A stretch of DNA of 64,000 nt from a virus. Lineage: Duplodnaviria > Heunggongvirae > Uroviricota > Caudoviricetes. Each line of letters begins with the position of its first letter. Within the stretch, counting starts at the first letter, position 1. The translations under genes and the position numbers were made by a program. The notes beneath the pieces were generated by a model. It had not been told where the DNA came from. It saw only the letters and a list, made by a program, of their open reading frames with translations, and ran no database searches. The stretch is from IMG/VR virus record IMGVR_UViG_3300015214_000024, positions 391,148-455,147 of that record. The stretch is one strand, 5' to 3'. Positions 57,980 to 64,000 of this stretch are shown in pieces.

Positions 57980-58341
57980 ACCAGTATCCTTGCGGCTGTT
58001 AGACTGAGTTCATCGTAGAAGAAAAATATATTATTTTCATTGAAATAATTAAAAATACGCTGTTCTTTCAGTGCTTTAATGAATTCATCCAGATCCTGAA
58101 CCATAATTGTACCTACACTGCGTTGCTTACGCTTATAAAAATTTTCAATTATTTCCTCAAATTCTTTCCTCGTCAGTCCTTCCCGGACGCCCTGAACCTT
58201 TGATGAATAATCCTTGAAAGTCAAAGTTCGGGGTTCTTCCTTGTTGGCTGGATAGAGGTTCATTGCACCAGACCTCTTTCCATCAACAATCACTACCCAT
58301 CGGTTCTTGGCTCGTGTCTGAAATTCAATTTTCATCCACAT
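57976..58341 (-). CDS. Hypothetical protein (family B-like C-terminus)
   Basis: FFFYDELSLTAARILV. Confidence 0.7.
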   Translation of the reverse strand: MWMKIEFQTRAKNRWVVIVDGKRSGAMNLYPANKEEPRTLTFKDYSSKVQGVREGLTRKEFEEIIENFYKRKQRSVGTIMVQDLDEFIKALKEQRIFNYFNENNIFFFYDELSLTAARILV

Positions 58342-58730
58342 ATCACCATAGCGTCTCTGACCAGTGGTATAAAATCCCGTATTGTGAGATAATACTTATA
58401 AACTCGCTTATTGTGAGCCGTTTGTTCATAGTGGGATTCTGGACCGCTATTTTCCAAAACCACATAGGTGTTTTTTATAAACTTTGGATCCATCATAGCC
58501 ACGTAAAGGTGAACTTCCAAAAATGGCCAATGGTACAAAATATGACTTATATCGTGCTCATACGGTTTCCAGGCATTATAACCAAAGCTACTATTTTTTT
58601 CACGATCATAATTCTTTTTCACAATGTCAATCATAGGAAAGATATCCTGTGGTTGGGATAATTTACAATTTCCCATACGGCGAATATATCGCAACTGTTC
58701 CCGGGTCAAGTATGAAGTTAGCTCAGTCAT
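58332..58730 (-). CDS. Hypothetical protein
   Basis: 132 aa in an overlapping operon. Confidence 0.65.
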   Translation of the reverse strand: MTELTSYLTREQLRYIRRMGNCKLSQPQDIFPMIDIVKKNYDREKNSSFGYNAWKPYEHDISHILYHWPFLEVHLYVAMMDPKFIKNTYVVLENSGPESHYEQTAHNKRVYKYYLTIRDFIPLVRDAMVICG

Positions 58731-59028
58731 ATACCACCAACTGATCTTGAATTATAATAATTGCAGTTTTTTGTTCATCACTGAGTTCGCGGGACAAGCA
58801 GGATTGATGGTTACACTTGAGGTAATAGGTTATTTGATCCTCAGGAGACAATTTATTCCAACCATCAATTATATGATATTCAAGTATTTGATTTGCTTCC
58901 ACGAGTCTAAGATGGTACTCGTCTCCCGTTATGTTCTTGCAAGTAAAATTATCATAAGCCAGATCAACAGTTTCCTGTGATTCATTGAAATAAACTTCAA
59001 CTATCATACAAAGTTCAGTTATTGTCAC
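58723..59028 (-). CDS. Paralogue family A protein
   Basis: WNKLSPEDQITYY.KC...IIIIQDQLVVY. Confidence 0.75.
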   Translation of the reverse strand: MTITELCMIVEVYFNESQETVDLAYDNFTCKNITGDEYHLRLVEANQILEYHIIDGWNKLSPEDQITYYLKCNHQSCLSRELSDEQKTAIIIIQDQLVVYD

Positions 59029-59351
59029 GATAACAGGACCACAACAGAGCGTTGAACATCATCCAGACAATAAAGCAAATATGGCTGATCTTTCATATGT
59101 TGCATCACAAATGTAACTTGGTCCTCCCAGGTCAATTGACTACAGATACTCTTACACCGGGCGACCATCATATTATTAATTGAAGCTTCGGCTTCCCGGA
59201 CTGTTTGACTCCGGCCACCATAATGCACGATGTCAGTATCTGAATGATTCTCTTTGAGAAGCTGATCTAAATCAAAAAAATCCTGTTGAGCTCGAAGCAA
59301 ACATTCCTTATAGTTAATATGAGCTTCTTTTAAATTCCATTTCCAAGTCAC
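59025..59351 (-). CDS. Paralogue family A protein
   Basis: SQLTWEDQVTF...LDDVQRSVVVL. Confidence 0.75.
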   Translation of the reverse strand: MTWKWNLKEAHINYKECLLRAQQDFFDLDQLLKENHSDTDIVHYGGRSQTVREAEASINNMMVARCKSICSQLTWEDQVTFVMQHMKDQPYLLYCLDDVQRSVVVLLS

Positions 59352-59629
59352 GACACTATCCTACAAGCATTCCGCTGCCACTCAGGCATAAAGGTGATCC
59401 AAAATAGCATCTCTTCCGCATACTTGGGAGTATCGTGACTCATAAGAATATAGGTTGAAATTTGATCCTCTTCGGACAATTTATTATAAAGTCCACGAAG
59501 CGAATCTTCATAATTGGCATTCAGGACTTCATATACACGAATCCATTCAGTAACTTCCTTCCGACCCGTAACCATTTTCTTACGGATTTCCAATCGTTCC
59601 TTCAGTGTATCAATTATGTCAAGATTCAA
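59348..59629 (-). CDS. Paralogue family A protein
   Basis: YNKLSEEDQI...MPEWQRNACRIV; TTG start after GGAG; TTGACA-17-TATAAA upstream. Confidence 0.75.
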   Translation of the reverse strand: MNLDIIDTLKERLEIRKKMVTGRKEVTEWIRVYEVLNANYEDSLRGLYNKLSEEDQISTYILMSHDTPKYAEEMLFWITFMPEWQRNACRIVS

Positions 59630-59693
59630 TGTTAGACTCCAGGTGCAAATTTATTGGGATTTATAAATTATACCAAGGGAAATGTCAAGGGCC

Positions 59694-60005
59694 TTATTCA
59701 CTATAAAGCACCAATTGGTCCTGAATTATGATTATGGCAGCAGCTTGATCTGTGGTCAAATATGGCAATAAGACTTCCTGAGCTGAACACTTAGTATAGA
59801 ATGTAATTTGATCTTCTGGTGAAAGGTTTTCCCATATATGGACGATTCTACTCTGACGTTCCCATATAAGGTGTTTGACTTTATCATCATATTTCTTTTT
59901 TGTAATAACACCATTATGATATTCCTTATAGGCGCGATCGCACTTTTCATAATGATCTTCATATATGTACTTTACCGTGGTGGCAAATAATCGTTCTATG
60001 TCCAT
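59694..60005 (-). CDS. Paralogue family A protein
   Basis: WENLSPEDQITFY.KC...IIIIQDQLVLY. Confidence 0.75.
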   Translation of the reverse strand: MDIERLFATTVKYIYEDHYEKCDRAYKEYHNGVITKKKYDDKVKHLIWERQSRIVHIWENLSPEDQITFYTKCSAQEVLLPYLTTDQAAAIIIIQDQLVLYSE

Positions 60006-60261
60006 TATATACTTTTCCCGAAATCAATAGGGCATAAAAGAAATTTTTCGGTCTGATCGAAAAGCCCCGTGAAGTTAAGCATAATGGAGGGTTTTTTGTC
60101 GAGTAAGAAAGATACCGAAATCAATGGGTCTGAAAAGAAAACTGGTAGCCAGATGTCGGCCCCCCTTTATACTTTAGTCAACCCTGAAATTCACTACACG
60201 CACCACTTTTTTTTCGAAAAATATTTTTTTTCTTTTCGGTTGACTTATCTTTTTCAATCAG

Positions 60262-60339
60262 TTAGGAGAAAAGATTCAGGACGCCGACGAAGAACATCAC
60301 GGCGTGTTCGGGATAGAGAAAACTGAGCTTGATCTGCAC
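60262..60339 (-). CDS. Putative 25-aa peptide (not in the ORF track)
   Basis: TTGACT-16-TATAAC promoter, GAGGAG SD, GTG start; MQIKLSFLYPEHAVMFFVGVLNLFS. Confidence 0.45.
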   Translation of the reverse strand: MQIKLSFLYPEHAVMFFVGVLNLFS

Positions 60340-60412
60340 GTCTGTAACTCCTCTGTATGTGTCTGTTATATAGGATCCTGTCCTATAGTCAAGAGCTTTT
60401 ATTGTATTGACT

Positions 60413-60583
60413 CTATGCAGGAAAGGCCACTAGAGTCTCTACTCCCTGATAGCCCCTCTGCCAAAAGACTTGACGGGCCTTGGCTCGGGCTTCATCACCA
60501 TCACGGGCCTTGACTTTGGTCGTATTGGTGACCGTCTTATTGCGCTTGGTGAGCATACGGCAGGTAACAGTGAAGAGGATCAT
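60413..60583 (-). CDS. Small basic early-type protein (56 aa; not in the ORF track)
   Basis: TTGACT-16-TATGAT promoter, AAGGAG SD; MILFTVTCRMLTKRNKTV... Confidence 0.7.
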   Translation of the reverse strand: MILFTVTCRMLTKRNKTVTNTTKVKARDGDEARAKARQVFWQRGYQGVETLVAFPA

Positions 60584-60794
60584 TGTCTGTCTCCTTATGT
60601 GACCATCATATAGGAGAAAGATTATTAGTCAAGAGCCTTTTTGCTATAGACATTTGTTTGGGTCTACCATATAAGGAGTTATCAAGAGGAGATAGTCCAA
60701 TGCATTAGGCGATAGGCTCAGCATAGACAGGAACCATATAGTAAGAGAAAACATTAGGCTGTTGACATATAGGAGGCTACAGTGTAACAGTTAG

Positions 60795-61040
60795 GGCGTC
60801 GGGTCAGGAAGCCAGGACCCACATATTAGAGAGATGTATAGTTAGAGAAGACTATCAATACTGAGTTCAGGTTGGTGTTTGTAGTCGGGATTGGAAGGGT
60901 GGAGTCCGAAAGGATGTTGAAGCCCTCCTTTCTTTTATTCAGGCCTGTTAACTATCTTTGTTTACACTAATGAGTAATGTTAATGCCAATAGTTAACCAT
61001 TTCAGTCATAGGAATAGGCCGGGTTGACTACCGACCTTTT
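60795..61040 (+). ncRNA. Candidate structured ncRNA 1 with a kink-turn-like element
   Basis: No ORF; TTGACA at 60762; stems GGGTC/GACCC, ATAGT/ACTAT, GTAGTC/GACTAC, GGCCTGTT/AATAGGCC; GTGGAG-tcc-GAAA-gga-TGTTGAAGC at 60899-60923. Confidence 0.5.
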
Positions 61041-61045
61041 CTCCA

Positions 61046-61192
61046 TTATCCAATAATGATTTCGCCTTGGCTGTAATAGACTTCCTGAATGTCGTCAGTG
61101 TCGCCATATTCCGGGTCAACTATAGCCACATCCTGGTCGCCGTGTTGGTCGATCATTTGTTCCAGACGTGCGATCAGTTCGCTTGCCTTCAC
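61046..61192 (-). CDS. Small hypothetical protein (48 aa)
   Basis: GTG 61192 after AAGGAGG; MKASELIARLEQMIDQHGD. Confidence 0.7.
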   Translation of the reverse strand: MKASELIARLEQMIDQHGDQDVAIVDPEYGDTDDIQEVYYSQGEIIIG

Positions 61193-61202
61193 GTTTGCCT
61201 CC

Positions 61203-61439
61203 TTAGTATTCGAATCGAACACCGGCATTGACACCACGCCATTTGTCGTGGACTGGCCGGACATTCATCGCGCCCAGTGCTGCCAGTTCCTGCTGGAGTC
61301 GACCGAGATCGTAAGGCTTGTATTGCCCGTAAATCTTGTATGTGCGGCCGTGGACGATGCGCTGGGTGTAAAGCTTGTAGCAGTTGAGCCCCAGGTTATT
61401 GAGGGCTTGACGAGCGAGGATCGAACCGGGAAGTGCCAT
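61203..61439 (-). CDS. Small hypothetical early-type protein
   Basis: AGGAG SD; own promoter. Confidence 0.7.
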   Translation of the reverse strand: MALPGSILARQALNNLGLNCYKLYTQRIVHGRTYKIYGQYKPYDLGRLQQELAALGAMNVRPVHDKWRGVNAGVRFEY

Positions 61440-61456
61440 TACCTATCTCCTGTGTA

Positions 61457-61492
61457 TGTCAGTCGTATAGTGTATATTGGCCGACAATGCAA
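61457..61492 (-). promoter_or_regulatory. Early promoter (TTGCAT-17-TATACG) with an imperfect inverted repeat and 14-nt loop
   Basis: Plus strand: TGTCAGTC-14 nt-GGCCGACA. Confidence 0.55.
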
Positions 61493-61501
61493 GAGGTTTT
61501 T

Positions 61502-62167
61502 TCAGTAAGTTATCAGTTGACTCCTGAACTTCAGGCCATCATTGGTATATGTCCTGGGCAGTAGAGGATTTGGTGTGTTCAGTATATCGTCGATTTCGAT
61601 CGGCACGAATGATATCCGGACGAATGTCCTCTGAGTTCCTGTCGTGCTCGACGGGCGGCGATGTAGGATATAGGGGTCCATACAGTAGACAGTTTCGTCA
61701 TCTGCCTTCTGGACTTCTTCGACGAACTGTTCCAGATAATGGTTAATGTTGTGGACCCTGGGGTCGAAATCGTCTGGGAATGTCACATTCAGGTCGGCGA
61801 ATTCGGTCGCATCCGTGTTGGCCCAAATGTAATTCTGTTCGGGGTTGTGAGGTGTCTTGGTAGAGAAACCATCAACGTGCCATTCGTCGTCTCTCTTGCT
61901 CTTCACAATGCCGTGGCGAACGGTCACGTAACAGTAGGGATGATTGGCATTGATCGCCTTCTGATGCTCTTGGGCGAGCTTTATCAACGGCATTACCCAG
62001 TCGAGTTCGTCTGGGATTTGATAATCACCTGCTGACCGGATGACCATCCTGAGAATATATTGTTCATCAGTTGGTGGCGTGAGGTCAAGTCGACCAAGAC
62101 TCAAAGGACCGCCAGCTGTCTGGAAATCCTTCAAGTTAACCAATCTATGTGCCCGCTGGTCGAGCAT
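61502..62167 (-). CDS. Putative 2-oxoglutarate/Fe(II) oxygenase-fold protein
   Basis: WHVDG (HxD) ... ILHR ... RTFVRISF. Confidence 0.65.
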   Translation of the reverse strand: MLDQRAHRLVNLKDFQTAGGPLSLGRLDLTPPTDEQYILRMVIRSAGDYQIPDELDWVMPLIKLAQEHQKAINANHPYCYVTVRHGIVKSKRDDEWHVDGFSTKTPHNPEQNYIWANTDATEFADLNVTFPDDFDPRVHNINHYLEQFVEEVQKADDETVYCMDPYILHRRPSSTTGTQRTFVRISFVPIEIDDILNTPNPLLPRTYTNDGLKFRSQLITY

Positions 62168-62496
62168 TAGATCTCCTCAAACCCTAAGGGCATAACGAGC
62201 ATCTTTTTCGTGCCATTGACGACCACAATGTCGCCGACGCTCGTGCTGGTGTGTGCCGTATTGGGGATGGCCAAGCATTCGATACCAGCAGGCGGATAAC
62301 CGTTGCCACAATCGAAGGCAACGTCGAGATCGTCGCTCTGGATAACGTAGGCGGGCTGATAGTAGCCATCCAGCATTAGCCGGTTGAACATTTCCTGGCG
62401 CTCGGGCTGGCTGATGCGATTGGGCATCATTACGTTGATGGCGTCCTCGCCCTGAAGTTCCCGGCTGGTGTAGTGGAAGATGACCATCGAACCCAT
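62167..62496 (-). CDS. Hypothetical early-type protein
   Basis: DLD.AF...N...S.SVGDIVVV.G....V...GF; AAGGAG SD. Confidence 0.75.
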   Translation of the reverse strand: MGSMVIFHYTSRELQGEDAINVMMPNRISQPERQEMFNRLMLDGYYQPAYVIQSDDLDVAFDCGNGYPPAGIECLAIPNTAHTSTSVGDIVVVNGTKKMLVMPLGFEEI

Positions 62497-62516
62497 CGTG
62501 TGTCTCCTTGTGTTGT

Positions 62517-62551
62517 GCCACCCTTATATGGAAAATGGTGGCCACTGTCAA
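62517..62551 (-). promoter_or_regulatory. Early promoter (TTGACA-17-TATAAG) with inverted repeat and 14-nt loop
   Basis: GCCACC-14 nt-GGTGGC. Confidence 0.7.
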
Positions 62552-62560
62552 TGGAAAAAA

Positions 62561-62734
62561 TCAGTCTGGGTTGTATTCCCACCCGTATTTGATACGGTGT
62601 TCATCCAATTTCCGGGCGGCAGCTTTCCATTCTGGAGTGCGAACTGAACCAGTTTCCATATAGGCTTGGCCGCAAGCATCGTGAAGGGCGTCGCGTTCGT
62701 CTTGGATGTGCTGAGGCTGATCTTCGAAGCGCAT
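62561..62734 (-). CDS. Small hypothetical early-type protein (57 aa; not in the ORF track)
   Basis: AAGGAG SD; MRFEDQPQHIQDERDALHDACGQAY... Confidence 0.7.
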   Translation of the reverse strand: MRFEDQPQHIQDERDALHDACGQAYMETGSVRTPEWKAAARKLDEHRIKYGWEYNPD

Positions 62735-62747
62735 TAACCGTCTCCTT

Positions 62748-62786
62748 GTTACCAGACCCTCTTAGCAGAATCTGGTAACTGGTCAA
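62748..62786 (-). promoter_or_regulatory. Early promoter (TTGACC-16-TAAGAG) with 9-bp inverted repeat and 14-nt loop
   Basis: GTTACCAGA-14 nt-TCTGGTAAC. Confidence 0.7.
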
Positions 62787-62808
62787 GGATTATTTTCGGT
62801 TGACGGAG

Positions 62809-63111
62809 TTATTCTTCTCCGCCAAATCCTTCTTCACCTTCCGGCCATTCCAGCTGGGGCCAGTAGTAGATGCGAGCGCGCATCCCCATATCGTCTTCCC
62901 GGGGAGCATCCAGATCGAAGAGATCCATATTGCCGTTGTTCCGGTCAGCCAGGGCCAGGGCAAGTGTCCAGGCGGTGGTGTATTCCAGCACGACGCCAAT
63001 GCAGCTCTTGCCATACATACCACGGCCGCTGTAGCTGCGGACTTCCAGCTGGATGTTGCCATCTTCGTAGACTTCGCGGAGCAGGTTGAGAAACGATTCG
63101 GAAGTGACCAT
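62809..63111 (-). CDS. Hypothetical early-type protein
   Basis: RSYSGRGMYG.SC.G...DDMG....YYWP; AAGGAG SD. Confidence 0.8.
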   Translation of the reverse strand: MVTSESFLNLLREVYEDGNIQLEVRSYSGRGMYGKSCIGVVLEYTTAWTLALALADRNNGNMDLFDLDAPREDDMGMRARIYYWPQLEWPEGEEGFGGEE

Positions 63112-63124
63112 CTTGTGTCTCCTT

Positions 63125-63163
63125 GTTACCTGACTCTTGTAGCAGAATCAGGTAACTGGTCAA
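63125..63163 (-). promoter_or_regulatory. Early promoter (TTGACC-16-TACAAG) with 9-bp inverted repeat and 14-nt loop
   Basis: GTTACCTGA-14 nt-TCAGGTAAC; compensatory change relative to 62748-62779. Confidence 0.7.
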
Positions 63164-63172
63164 GAGAAATGT

Positions 63173-63559
63173 TTAGTTGACAATCACTTCCAAAGACGCC
63201 GCACTAGTTGCGTCAATGACGCCCTGTTCGATGGCTGCCTCGAGGATGATCTTGTCCATTATCGGATCGACTTTTGCAGCGATGCGATCGAAATGAGTGC
63301 GCTGGTGACGGCCGGAGCCGCTGCGATAGTGAGACATACGAACGCCGAAATGGTATCCAATCTCTGCCGCGCGGTTCATTCCGCCATTGTTGAAGATATC
63401 GTAGTAGGCATTGCCAGCCGTGCGAAGCTTTTCGAGCTTCTTGTTCTTGCTGCGCGAGTGTTGGCACTTGCCTTCGATTGGGATCAAGCCGTTCAGAGCA
63501 TCATAGAGCATCTGGTATTTGCCAGTGCCATCCCAGTAGCTGTTTCCTGATACGAGCAT
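63173..63559 (-). CDS. Hypothetical early-type protein
   Basis: YW...GKYQ...L..LIP..G...YYD.FNNG; AAGGAG SD; TTGACT promoter at 63607-63612. Confidence 0.8.
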   Translation of the reverse strand: MLVSGNSYWDGTGKYQMLYDALNGLIPIEGKCQHSRSKNKKLEKLRTAGNAYYDIFNNGGMNRAAEIGYHFGVRMSHYRSGSGRHQRTHFDRIAAKVDPIMDKIILEAAIEQGVIDATSAASLEVIVN

Positions 63560-63626
63560 CTTGCATCTCCTTCGTTACTCCATCTTTTTAGCAGATCTGG
63601 TCACAGAGTCAATGAGAAAAAAGCAG

Positions 63627-63655
63627 TTGACAGAACATTTTGTTGGGCGTATAAC
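63627..63655 (+). promoter_or_regulatory. Near-consensus sigma70 promoter
   Basis: TTGACA-17 nt-TATAAC with no downstream SD-led ORF. Confidence 0.75.
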
Positions 63656-63661
63656 GGCAGA

Positions 63662-63848
63662 GTTCAAGCAACACCGGGTCAGACGCTTAGCCGAAGCCGG
63701 TGCCAAGTTGGGCATTTTAGTAAGAACTGACTGAGTAGTGGAGCCAGAAATGGTCGATGAAGCGAAAGGCAGTATGGTTTGAGAGCGCCAGGAAGTGAAG
63801 GTTTCGCCCTGCGGATGGTTGCTTGGAAGGGGGCCTTGTGTCCCCTTC
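63662..63848 (+). ncRNA. Candidate structured ncRNA 2 with a kink-turn-like element
   Basis: Closing helix TTCAAGCAAC/GTTGCTTGGA; CACCGG/CCGGTG; GTGGAG-cca-GAAA-tgg-TCGATGAAGC (63738-63763); 3' hairpin GAAGGGG/CCCCTTC. Confidence 0.6.
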
Positions 63849-63974
63849 ACCCATCTTAGCCAACCACTGTTAACTTTACTAATTAACGTTAACACGACTC
63901 TGACCAGACTAATCTTTTTTTGTTGACTCATATCAAAGATATGTTATCAGGAGACAACAGAAGGAGATGTTGAG

Positions 63975-64000
63975 ATGGCCCGCAAGATCGAAACCGCCGC
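63975..64000 (+). CDS. Start of an early-type gene, partial (MARKIETA...)
   Basis: TTGACT promoter at 63923, AAGGAG SD, ATG 63975. Confidence 0.6.

Noticed and set aside
60797-60822. SRP (4.5S) RNA core
   Set aside because: TCAGG...AGC similarity is partial; the GGAA-tetraloop helix is absent.
60895-60925. Hammerhead ribozyme (GAGTCCGAAAGGA resembles stem II)
   Set aside because: No CUGAnGA before the stem and no GAAA core after it; a kink-turn-like module fits better.
60945-61000. CtrA boxes in the GTTAAC-rich stretch (also 63860-63892)
   Set aside because: TTAA half-sites are 9 nt apart, not 7; left unexplained.
63730-63770. SAM-I riboswitch
   Set aside because: Only the kink-turn-like part matches; AUCxAGAG, GCAACC and a downstream regulated gene are missing.
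536-63931. Many short ORF-track entries antisense to or nested in long genes (e.g. 536..775, 4474..6117, 12534..14245, 42333..44801, 60069..60513, 63575..63931)
   Set aside because: Shadow frames without SD or recognisable motifs, overlapping better-supported genes or RNA elements.
1-64000. CRISPR array, tRNA or rRNA genes
   Set aside because: No regularly spaced repeats, cloverleaf or rRNA-like sequence recognised by eye; tRNAscan-SE was not run.

Overview
64 kb of a large lytic tailed-phage (T4-like/jumbo myovirus-type) genome, mostly coded on the minus strand in the standard genetic code. No tRNA, rRNA, CRISPR array, integrase, capsid or terminase gene was recognised. Left to right: (1) virion proteins, including a 1798-aa subtilase fused to Ig-like repeats; (2) host-like genes (SpoU/TrmH methyltransferase, ClpS, dCMP deaminase, ribosomal protein bS21); (3) a plus-strand fibre/chaperone/baseplate block; (4) HNH, metallophosphoesterase and RNase H-like genes; (5) a 7-deazaguanine DNA-modification cluster (QueE, PRTase, FolE, glycosyltransferase, QueD-like protein with LxxxHRHxF, large TGT/DpdA-like protein); (6) replication genes (probable sliding clamp split by one in-frame TAA, family B polymerase with a T4 gp43-like operator hairpin, DsbA-like protein, ATP-dependent ligase); (7) about 18 kb of modular fibre-like genes under ATAAATA late promoters; (8) an array of about nine short paralogues, interrupted by a LamG cassette flanked by a 23-bp direct repeat; (9) a higher-GC early-type region with strong sigma70-like promoters, four of which carry the -10 box in the 14-nt loop of an inverted repeat, plus two candidate kink-turn ncRNAs. 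CATG is almost absent from the stretches scanned. The best candidates for undescribed biology are the glycosyltransferase/PRTase-coupled deazaguanine pathway, the hairpin promoters and the ncRNAs. All calls come from reading motifs by eye; no database search was run.
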